This document shows, one piece after another, positions 40,571 through 48,533 of a stretch of 48,533 bases of DNA. The translations under genes were made by a program, and so were the position numbers. The DNA is taken from assembly GCA_946055775.1 (NCBI GenBank), contig CAMGHE010000001.1, positions 1 to 48,533 on the forward strand. Direction: 5' to 3'. Source of the DNA: an uncultured Bacteroidales bacterium (lineage in GTDB: Bacteria; Bacteroidota; Bacteroidia; Bacteroidales; Bacteroidaceae). How positions within the stretch are numbered: the stretch's first letter is position 1; every line of letters begins with the position of its first letter. Below the pieces are notes generated by a model, which was not told where the DNA came from, did not search any database, and was given only the letters and a program-made list of their open reading frames with translations.

Positions 40571-42421
40571 ATGAAAACGACTTTTCAGAATATTGTAAAG
40601 GGTGGCATGCTCTGCACGGCACTGGCTGCAACGGTTGTAGCCTGTACCGACGACCACTTCGATATTCGCGTCAGTGAAGCAACCGGTGCGAATACGATTT
40701 GGCAGAATATCGAGGCCACCAGTGAACTTGATTCGGTGGCCATGATTCTCCGCCGTGCCAAGGTGATGAACTCTGAAATCGACAAAGGTCAAAAGCAGTC
40801 CTTCGCCGATTTCCTCAACGGTTCGCAGGAGATGACCGTTTGGCTGCCTACCAATGGTACCTTCAACGCCAAGCAGTATCTTGACCTCCTTGATCGCGCC
40901 GACTCCCTCTTCGCCGATACGGTTGACGCGACCAAATCCTATGAAAAGGCCCTCAGTCTCAACTATCAGGTGGCTTCGCAGTTCGTGCGCAATCACATTG
41001 CCCGCTTTAATCAGGGTAGTCCTACCGATAAGGAGGTGCGTATGCTCAATGGTAAGATTTGCGCCTTCAGCCAGTCCACGAAGACCTTCAATGGTGCTGC
41101 CATCACCAGTAGCCCCATCATTTCGTCCAATGGTCAGTTGTATCTCCTGAATGGCGAATCGACCTACGAGCACAATATTTACGACATGCTCTCCGTTAAT
41201 CCTGAGTTCTCCGACATCTTCGCCATGATTAACGATTACAGCAAGTACTCGTTCAATGAAGGCGCCAGCACCCCTGGTGCCATGAACGAGTACGGTAAGA
41301 TGGAGTATGTGGACTCTGTGTACTCGAATGACAACGAGATGATTAACAATGCCAGACTTAGGGTTATCTCCAACGAGGATAGTTTAAGCATCTCCTTCTT
41401 CCCCACAAATGCAGCTCTTGCAGCCGCTAAGGAGAAGATAGCTTCGCTCTACAAGTTCAAGAAGAGTTACAACTACGAGTACTCCAGCACTTCGCACGAC
41501 TTCACCTACAAAGCTGCCAATGCCCTGCGTCTGAACGAAAACGATATGGACTCGCTCCAGTATCGTTCCATGCTGCAGGACCTCCTCTCCACCTCAACCG
41601 TCAGTGTTTCGCGCGTTGTTACCGCCGACAAGCGTCGTGACTCTGCTGCCGTCTTCACTGAGTTCCTCAGCCGCGACTCCATGTTCACCACCAAGAACAT
41701 CTGTCTGTACAACCCGACGCCCGGTGAGACTAATGGCATGTTTGCAGGACTGAGCCCTGTCAAGGCTTCTAACGGTTATGTGTATGCCCTTCCCGAATAT
41801 ACCATTGATCCCGCCTATGGTCTGGTCAAGAAAAAGACCTTCAAGGCACAGCGTGGCGGCCTCTGCGATGTACAGGGTTCTACACAGGACTGGGGCCAGA
41901 CAATCGAACTTACCGAAGTCAACACCCTGCAGACTGAGCCTGATGAAGAAGGTAATACCCGCGACTCCATTGACCTCTGTGGTCTCATTGAGGACGGCCG
42001 TTACTATTATTTCCCTGTTTCGGGTAACAGCACGATGATGATTGACTTCGAGTTGCGTGAAATCTACAGCACCAACTACAACATCTCGATTATCATGCTG
42101 CCCAATAAGACCTGTACCAGCAACATCCGCCTCGACGATAAGGGCAATCCTATCATTGAGTCTCCCAAGTTTGACGCTGTCCTCATGGACGACGATGGTA
42201 AGAACCTCGCACAGGTCAAGGGCGTTCGCGTTAATCAGGAGAAGGCCGAGCGCATCACCCTGTGGGAAAACTTCAAGTTCCCCTATACCTATCAGGGCCT
42301 GCCCTCCGGCAAGAACAGTTTCCCCCGTCTGCGCATCTCCCTGCCCTATAGCTATCAGCGTACCGGTAAGGTCAAGGCCCTCAGTATCCTGGCCGTTATC
42401 GTAGAGCCCGTGCGCGAATGA
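40571..42421 (+). CDS. Fasciclin-like domain lipoprotein
   Basis: VVACTDD lipobox; TVWLPTN, FVRNHIAR, SNGQLYLL, FFPTNAA, SNGYVY. Confidence 0.75.
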   Translation: MKTTFQNIVKGGMLCTALAATVVACTDDHFDIRVSEATGANTIWQNIEATSELDSVAMILRRAKVMNSEIDKGQKQSFADFLNGSQEMTVWLPTNGTFNAKQYLDLLDRADSLFADTVDATKSYEKALSLNYQVASQFVRNHIARFNQGSPTDKEVRMLNGKICAFSQSTKTFNGAAITSSPIISSNGQLYLLNGESTYEHNIYDMLSVNPEFSDIFAMINDYSKYSFNEGASTPGAMNEYGKMEYVDSVYSNDNEMINNARLRVISNEDSLSISFFPTNAALAAAKEKIASLYKFKKSYNYEYSSTSHDFTYKAANALRLNENDMDSLQYRSMLQDLLSTSTVSVSRVVTADKRRDSAAVFTEFLSRDSMFTTKNICLYNPTPGETNGMFAGLSPVKASNGYVYALPEYTIDPAYGLVKKKTFKAQRGGLCDVQGSTQDWGQTIELTEVNTLQTEPDEEGNTRDSIDLCGLIEDGRYYYFPVSGNSTMMIDFELREIYSTNYNISIIMLPNKTCTSNIRLDDKGNPIIESPKFDAVLMDDDGKNLAQVKGVRVNQEKAERITLWENFKFPYTYQGLPSGKNSFPRLRISLPYSYQRTGKVKALSILAVIVEPVRE

Positions 42422-42450
42422 GCATCTTGTTAACTTTAAAATTCGAACAC

Positions 42451-45400
42451 ATGAGTAAGAATATTAAAAACCAAATGTTGCAGGGCGCTCTCCGTGCTGG
42501 TGTCTGCCTCTTCATGCTTTCCGGCACCTGTGTCCTTTCGGCGCAGACCGAGGCCGGCCAAGTGCGTGCCACTGCTGCAGCACAGGCCACGAAAGCCACC
42601 AAGTACGTCATGAAGGAGGTCAAGGGTTACATCTATGATGCAGCCACTAAACAACCTCTCGCCGGTGCTAAGGTTCAGGCTTTGAACAACCGCTTCTATA
42701 CAGCCCTGACCGATGATCAGGGTGCCTATACGATTAAGGTGCCCGACTTCGTGACATCGCTGTATGTTGCCCTGCCCGACTACAACCCTGGTCACATTGC
42801 CATCAAGGGCCTGACCGACCAAAATGCCCAACTCTATACTACGGCAGTGAAGAGCCTCTATGCAGATGGAACTACCATCTACAATCAGCCCTCCATGACC
42901 ATCAGCGAGAGCAGCATGATTACCGTTGAAAACGACATGGAGAACAAGTTGGCCTCCAGCCTGCGCACCATCAACCGTGGCGGCTTTGCCGGACAGGGTG
43001 CAGCCATGTTCATCAACGGTCTCAACTCGCTCAATACCAACTCTCAGCCCCTCGTCATCGTCGATGGAGTAGAGTGGGACATGCAGTATGACCGCACCGC
43101 CCTCCACACCGGTTATGTAGCCAACCTCTTCAGCCTCCTTGACACCGAGGATATTGAAGATGTCAAGGTTATCAAGAACGGTACGGCCCTCTATGGCGCC
43201 AAGGGTGGCAACGGTGTCATAGAAATCACTACCAAGCGAGGTAAAAGCCTTGTTACCCGCATTAACATCCGCGCCTGGGGTGGCATTGAGGAAATCCCCT
43301 CGTCTGTCAAGATGATGAATGCCAGCCAGTATCGCAACTATGTCAGCGAGTTCCTCGGCACGACACTTGCCGGTAAGGAGTACTTCGACAAGAATACCTC
43401 CGTGCCCGCTTTCATGAACGACGACCCCAACTACAAGCTCTATCCCATCTACCACAATGAGACCGACTGGCAGGATGGTATGTATCACACGGGTTTCTCG
43501 CAGAACTACCGCGTGAGCGTAGCCGGTGGTGATGACGTCGCCATGTACAACCTCTCCCTCGGTTATACGCAGGGCGAGGCCGTGGCACGCACCAACGACT
43601 TCAACCGTCTGAACATCCGCTTCAACTCGGACATCACCATGTTCAAGGGCCTCACCACTGGCCTCGACATCTCCTATGTCCGCAATGCCTACAATCTGCG
43701 CGATAATGGCTGGGCTCCCGACTATTCTGCTTCGAATATCTCGTCGCCCAACGTACTGGCCCTCATCCAGTCGCCCTTTATCAGCCCGTATGCACACTAT
43801 GTGTTCTACGACCAGTCGAACGGTCTGCAGGTAGGTCATACCGACAAGGTATATTCGGGTAAGGACTACAACAGTGCCAACAACCCCTACCGCTTCGCTG
43901 AAAACTTCGGTTATGCTGGTTATGTGAACCCCTACTGGATTCTCTCCAACGGTGACGGTGACAACAAGAACTACCTTGAGCAGACTCAGTTTGCCATCAA
44001 TGTGGCTCCCAAGTACACGATCAACCGCTACCTCACCCTCACCGACCGCTTCAGTTACATCATGAACCGCTACAACGAGAAGTACTACCTCCCCAATGAT
44101 GGTACTCCCTCCAAGGCGGTAGAAGGTCTGGGTTCGGTAAAGAGCGTTCTCCAGTCGCAGTTCAGCAAGGAAACCTCTGTCTTCAACGATTTCCGTATCA
44201 ATTACACCCGTCAGTTTGGCGCACACCGCCTCAATGCCTTCGCTGGCTTCCGTCTCTCTTCGTTCAGCTACAACAGCAGCAACATCCTCGGTTACAACAA
44301 CGACCAGGACAAGATGCCGAACATGAGCATGTCCCAGTCGTACAAGGAATATGGCGGTCAGAATGACAGTTGGGTCAACCTGGCCTACTATGTCAATGCC
44401 GACTACAACTTCAAGAACAAGTACTTCCTCACCGTGACCACCACGGCCGAGTCTTCCTCGCGCTTCGGTAAGCAGGCTAACGATGGTATCAAGCTCGCTG
44501 GAGTGAAGTGGGGTCTCTTCCCCTCCGTTCAGGCAGGCTGGCTGATGTCTTCTGAGAAGTGGTTCAATGTGCCCGCTGTCAACTACCTCAAACTCTTTGC
44601 CGGCTATGAAGAGAGCGGTAATGACAATGTTGACTACTATGCAGCCCGTACCTACTTTGCCAATGCCGAGTTCCTCCAGCTCGCTACCGGCCTGAAGCTC
44701 GCTAACATCGAGAACCCGAAGATTCAGTGGGAAACCAACCACCGCTTCAACGTCGGCTTCCAGACGGCCCTCTTCAACAACCGCGTAAGCCTCGGTGTAG
44801 ATTACTTCTGGTCGCGTACCACCAACTTGCTCACCCGAAAGGCTGTCAGTGATATCACCGGTCTGAAGTTCATGTGGGCCAACGATGGTGCTCTGCGCAA
44901 CTGGGGTATCGAGGGTAACATGAACGTGGTACTCCTTAACCTCCGCGACTGGAAGTGGCAGGCTGGCTTCGGCATCGGTCACTACCAGAACAAGGTGACC
45001 AAGCTTCCCGCTACCACCGACAACTTCATCACCACCTACGCTCTTGACGCCAACGGTCAGAAGGACCTCGCCTCTGCCAAGACCATCCAGGGTTACACCT
45101 CGTCCGTCTATGGTCAGAACAACATCCTCACTGCTGTAGGACAGGCCGCTGGTGTCTTCTACGGCTACCAGACCGCTGGTGTCTTCGCTTCCGACGCCGA
45201 AGCTTCTCAGGCTGGCAAATATGGCTACCTCCGTTACCCCACGGGTCTCGTATCGCAGCCCTACCGCAACTTCCAGGCTGGTGACGTCCACTTCGTTGAC
45301 CAAAACGGCGACGGCTGGATTAACGAGGCCGATATGGTGAAGATTGGCGATCCCAACCCCGATATCTACGGCAACTTCTACACCTCGCTCAACTGGAAGG

Positions 45401-45855
45401 GCTTTACCCTCGCTGCCGACTTCAAGTACAGCCTGGGCAACGACGTCTTCAACTATCAGCGTTCGCAGCTCGAAGGTGCCAACGGTATCTACAACCAGAC
45501 CACTGCTGTGGTCAACCGCTGGAAGTATGACGGACAGGTTACCGACATACCTCGTGCCATGGCCACCGACAATGACGAGTGGGTCAACAACGAGCGCTTC
45601 TCCGACCGCTGGATAGAGGACGGCTCGTATCTGAAGTTGAAGAAGGTCCGCCTCACCTACAAGGTGCCCGTCAACCTCAGTTGGCTTCAGGGTATTGCCG
45701 TATGGGGTGAAGCCAACAATGTCTTTACCATCTCCAAGTACACTGGCAACGATCCCGAGGCCACTGTTGGCAACGGTGTACTCCAGCAGGGTATTGACGC
45801 TGGCTTCCTCAACCAGACGCGCAGCTACAACCTCGGTGTAACCATCAACTTGTAA
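42451..45855 (+). CDS. SusC/RagA-family TonB-dependent transporter
   Basis: QPLVIVDG, DIEDVKVIKNGTALYGAKGGNGVIEITTKRG, IQWET, IGDPNPD, RFSDRWIEDGSYLKLK. Confidence 0.95.
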   Translation: MSKNIKNQMLQGALRAGVCLFMLSGTCVLSAQTEAGQVRATAAAQATKATKYVMKEVKGYIYDAATKQPLAGAKVQALNNRFYTALTDDQGAYTIKVPDFVTSLYVALPDYNPGHIAIKGLTDQNAQLYTTAVKSLYADGTTIYNQPSMTISESSMITVENDMENKLASSLRTINRGGFAGQGAAMFINGLNSLNTNSQPLVIVDGVEWDMQYDRTALHTGYVANLFSLLDTEDIEDVKVIKNGTALYGAKGGNGVIEITTKRGKSLVTRINIRAWGGIEEIPSSVKMMNASQYRNYVSEFLGTTLAGKEYFDKNTSVPAFMNDDPNYKLYPIYHNETDWQDGMYHTGFSQNYRVSVAGGDDVAMYNLSLGYTQGEAVARTNDFNRLNIRFNSDITMFKGLTTGLDISYVRNAYNLRDNGWAPDYSASNISSPNVLALIQSPFISPYAHYVFYDQSNGLQVGHTDKVYSGKDYNSANNPYRFAENFGYAGYVNPYWILSNGDGDNKNYLEQTQFAINVAPKYTINRYLTLTDRFSYIMNRYNEKYYLPNDGTPSKAVEGLGSVKSVLQSQFSKETSVFNDFRINYTRQFGAHRLNAFAGFRLSSFSYNSSNILGYNNDQDKMPNMSMSQSYKEYGGQNDSWVNLAYYVNADYNFKNKYFLTVTTTAESSSRFGKQANDGIKLAGVKWGLFPSVQAGWLMSSEKWFNVPAVNYLKLFAGYEESGNDNVDYYAARTYFANAEFLQLATGLKLANIENPKIQWETNHRFNVGFQTALFNNRVSLGVDYFWSRTTNLLTRKAVSDITGLKFMWANDGALRNWGIEGNMNVVLLNLRDWKWQAGFGIGHYQNKVTKLPATTDNFITTYALDANGQKDLASAKTIQGYTSSVYGQNNILTAVGQAAGVFYGYQTAGVFASDAEASQAGKYGYLRYPTGLVSQPYRNFQAGDVHFVDQNGDGWINEADMVKIGDPNPDIYGNFYTSLNWKGFTLAADFKYSLGNDVFNYQRSQLEGANGIYNQTTAVVNRWKYDGQVTDIPRAMATDNDEWVNNERFSDRWIEDGSYLKLKKVRLTYKVPVNLSWLQGIAVWGEANNVFTISKYTGNDPEATVGNGVLQQGIDAGFLNQTRSYNLGVTINL

Positions 45856-45951
45856 TCCCGCTAATCTACGCCTTACCGCGAAGGGGGACGGCCGTCCCCC
45901 GCAAGGTCACAGTCTGTTCCCCTTCGCCTAATGCTTAAACGAATAAACGCA

Positions 45952-48156
45952 ATGAAAAAGAAATCGATTATAGGATTGTTCGCAGGCCTCCTCAGTCTGG
46001 GCATGGCCACGACCTCTTGCGAGGACATGCTCACGCCGGACGTCGATCGTTACGCTGAGGGCTTCACCGGCCGTGATACGGTCAGCTTCTACTTCGGTAT
46101 CCTCTCTAACGTGCAGGATATGGTAGAGAATAACACCCTACTGGGCGATATGCGTAGTGACCTGGTGCAGGCCACCGAGTATGTCAGCGACACCGTGGCC
46201 TCTGTTGTCAACTTCGAGCCTGTTCAGGATGCCGAGAATGGCCTCCTCAGCCGCGCTGGCTACTACAAGGTCATCAACCAGTGCAACTACTACCTTGCCG
46301 CCGTAGATACCATGGCGCAGAAGAACAGCATCTACTACATGCGTACCGAGTTCGCTCAGGTTCAGTTCGTCCGTGCTTGGGCCTATATGCAGCTCGTCCA
46401 GAACTACGGTAGCGTGCCCTACATCAACAAGCCAGTGTCCAGCGCCGGTACCGGTTGGGAAACCAATCCCGAGGGCGGCAAGTGGGCCACCTCTGAGACC
46501 CTCCTTGGCTACCTCCTTGAGGATGGCCTGGATCGCGCTTACAACTATCAGTACGCACAGGGCTACGGTGTCCCCAACTATGGTACGCTCAACAATGGTG
46601 CCATCACCATGCCTGCTCAGATGATGGTCTTCCCCGGTCGTCTGGTCATGGCCGACCTCTATCTGCTCCGTGGTGCAAGCCAGGCCGACTACGCCAATGC
46701 TGCCTTCCTCTACTACCAGTATCTGGAAGAAGAGTCGCGCGTCAACTCGCGTCGCATGACCGCTGCCGTACGTGCGTCTGCCCAGCGCCGTCAGATTAAC
46801 AATGAGGAATCCTTCCACGCTCAGAAGGGCGCTTGGGCTGAATCTTTCAGCGACCAGAGCAGCAACATCACCGCCAATGGTCAGGTCATCACCGCCATGC
46901 TCTCCTCCGCCAGCTCCAACTTCGGTAGCGTGCTGATGCGTCCCGCTCAGATTTATGGTTTCGATGCCAAATCTACGTCGAACACCTCCACCTCTGAAGA
47001 CGCCACCGTCTCCACCACAGGTAAGGTGAGCGTCACGGCCAACTACCGCAATCGTCAGCTTACCCTTTCGCCTGGCTATGAAAGTCTGGCCAAGGCTCAG
47101 GTTTACCGCTTCTGCGTGAACACTGAGAAGAATGAGAACCATGAGACCAACGAGGATGTCAACGTTGTCAAGTACGCTGAAGACTGTGGTGACTGCCGCA
47201 TCGAGGGCGTCCGTTCTTACGTTCAGACCACTGATGGTATCATCCCGTTCATCGCAACCCGCGCTTTCAACGGCAATAACACGTCTGAGATTATCGGTGC
47301 CGGTACAGGTAGCTTCAAGTTCAACTACAGTTTCCCCCTCTACCGCATCAACCAGATTTACCTCCGCTTCGCCGAAGCCCTCAACCGTGCCGGCTATCCC
47401 CGCCACGCCTTTGGTGTCCTCCGCGACGGTCTGACCAGCAAGACCATGCCCACCGTAGCCAACGACTCCGTACGCGATGGCCGAGTATTCCCCTATCTGG
47501 TCAACCAGCCTAACGGTTGCGACTATCTCGGTATCGACGAAGTGCGCCGCGCCGCCGACAACCTGCCTTGGCTCGACTTCACTGAGTCTCACTGGGACGC
47601 TGTCTGTGGCGTTCACGAGCTCGGCAGCGGATATAGCAGCGAAGTTGACACCGTCTATACCTATGCCAAGATTATTGGCCAGCGTATGTACGACGAGCGT
47701 GTCCGCATGAATATCGTTGGCGAAGCTACCGCCCAAGACCTCATCGCCGCTTTGAAAAAAGAAATCGCAGTGCCCGAGGATGAGGAAAAGCCCTCTACCG
47801 ACGTTGAAGCCCTGGATGAAGGCACCACGCCCGCAGAGCCCGAGCCCGCCCTTCCTCCTGTGACCCCCGAAAACCTTCAGGAGCAGATCAATGCCGTTGA
47901 GACCATCATCGCCGACGAGATGGCTCTTGAGATGGCCTTCCAGGGAACCCGCTACTTCGACCTCGACCGTATCGCCAACCACAAAGATAACGACAGTTAT
48001 TTGCCCGCAAATAGCGGTACAACCTGGTTTGCATGGCTCATCGCTCGCCGTGGCCTCGGTCTCAAGCCCTACGAGAATCCCGATCAGATGGACAACGGTC
48101 TCTACCAGCGCCTAAGCGTTAAGCAGAACCGTTACCTCCGGAATCCTGCCTACTAA
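45952..48156 (+). CDS. SusD/RagB-family lipoprotein
   Basis: TTSCEDML lipobox, YYKVINQCNYYL, RAWAYMQLVQNYGSVP, LYRINQIYLRFAEALN, EMALEMAFQGTRYFDL. Confidence 0.92.
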   Translation: MKKKSIIGLFAGLLSLGMATTSCEDMLTPDVDRYAEGFTGRDTVSFYFGILSNVQDMVENNTLLGDMRSDLVQATEYVSDTVASVVNFEPVQDAENGLLSRAGYYKVINQCNYYLAAVDTMAQKNSIYYMRTEFAQVQFVRAWAYMQLVQNYGSVPYINKPVSSAGTGWETNPEGGKWATSETLLGYLLEDGLDRAYNYQYAQGYGVPNYGTLNNGAITMPAQMMVFPGRLVMADLYLLRGASQADYANAAFLYYQYLEEESRVNSRRMTAAVRASAQRRQINNEESFHAQKGAWAESFSDQSSNITANGQVITAMLSSASSNFGSVLMRPAQIYGFDAKSTSNTSTSEDATVSTTGKVSVTANYRNRQLTLSPGYESLAKAQVYRFCVNTEKNENHETNEDVNVVKYAEDCGDCRIEGVRSYVQTTDGIIPFIATRAFNGNNTSEIIGAGTGSFKFNYSFPLYRINQIYLRFAEALNRAGYPRHAFGVLRDGLTSKTMPTVANDSVRDGRVFPYLVNQPNGCDYLGIDEVRRAADNLPWLDFTESHWDAVCGVHELGSGYSSEVDTVYTYAKIIGQRMYDERVRMNIVGEATAQDLIAALKKEIAVPEDEEKPSTDVEALDEGTTPAEPEPALPPVTPENLQEQINAVETIIADEMALEMAFQGTRYFDLDRIANHKDNDSYLPANSGTTWFAWLIARRGLGLKPYENPDQMDNGLYQRLSVKQNRYLRNPAY

Positions 48157-48190
48157 TCAAAGGTCCATACTTTAGACGAATAACTCCTTT

Positions 48191-48229
48191 AGGACGTGCG
48201 TGCCCACCCCGGTATGCACGTCCTTTTTT
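48191..48229 (+). terminator. Terminator ending the Sus locus
   Basis: AGGACGTGCGTGCC-loop-GGTATGCACGTCCT followed by a T tract. Confidence 0.85.
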
Positions 48230-48334
48230 ATGGGGAAAACTTCGGTGTACCGTAACATAAAGCAATGGCGACCGACAAGATTGGCATCGCGGAGGGTGTG
48301 TCAAAATGAAGATATTTGAGCGACGGGGCCGTCA

Positions 48335-48476
48335 AATAATATACACGACAACAATAACAACGGAGACAACAGGCAAGGTTGTACAAGTTGTTCAGGTTGT
48401 CGTCTAATAATATACACGACAACAATAACAACGGAGACAACAAGCAAAGTTGTACAAGTTGTTCAGGTTGTCTTCT
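48335..48476. repeat. Two tandem 71-bp self-complementary units
   Basis: 48335-48405 and 48406-48476 differ at three positions; each has 3x ACAAC then 3x GTTGT at 9-bp spacing. Confidence 0.92.
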
Positions 48477-48533
48477 AACCCAATTTCAACGCCGAATACT
48501 ATTTTTCAATCTCCATTCAGCCTGATTCGCCCA

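Noticed and set aside
17675-47982. Very long antisense ORFs (e.g. 17675-19882, 24108-26384, 30042-32942, 42436-45303, 46138-47982)
   Set aside because: They mirror well-supported genes codon for codon; strong third-position bias removes antisense stops; no recognisable motifs.
48335-48476. CRISPR array (GTTGT...ACAAC ends resemble Bacteroidetes CRISPR repeats)
   Set aside because: Only two units, the would-be spacers are near-identical, and no cas genes are in the window.

Overview
Chromosomal window from a GC-rich Bacteroidales bacterium (Prevotellaceae-like, inferred from TAnnTTTG promoters, SusC/SusD genes, a Prevotella-type secretion tail and the tmRNA tag GENQLALAA). In order: partial HlyD adaptor and TolC (minus strand); pyrH; a 1500-aa secreted papain-like protease with LamG/PKD modules; a lone pflA; an orphan polytopic membrane protein; a minus-strand lptF/G-ribBA-BI-1-aspC cluster; tRNA-Met(CAT); a 'headless' complex I operon (nuoA,B,CD,H-N, no nuoEFG); tmRNA; a GH43_24-like glycosidase; and an 18-kb double SusC/SusD locus with three fasciclin-like lipoproteins. 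The least explained signals are non-coding: a duplicated 71-bp unit of 9-bp-phased ACAAC/GTTGT pentamers at the right end, a 21-bp-period repeat family shared by the spacers ahead of the nuo operon and the Sus locus, and a long self-complementary nuo leader. A Cys-rich insertion in NuoN is also unusual. All calls are from motif recognition by eye; no searches were run.
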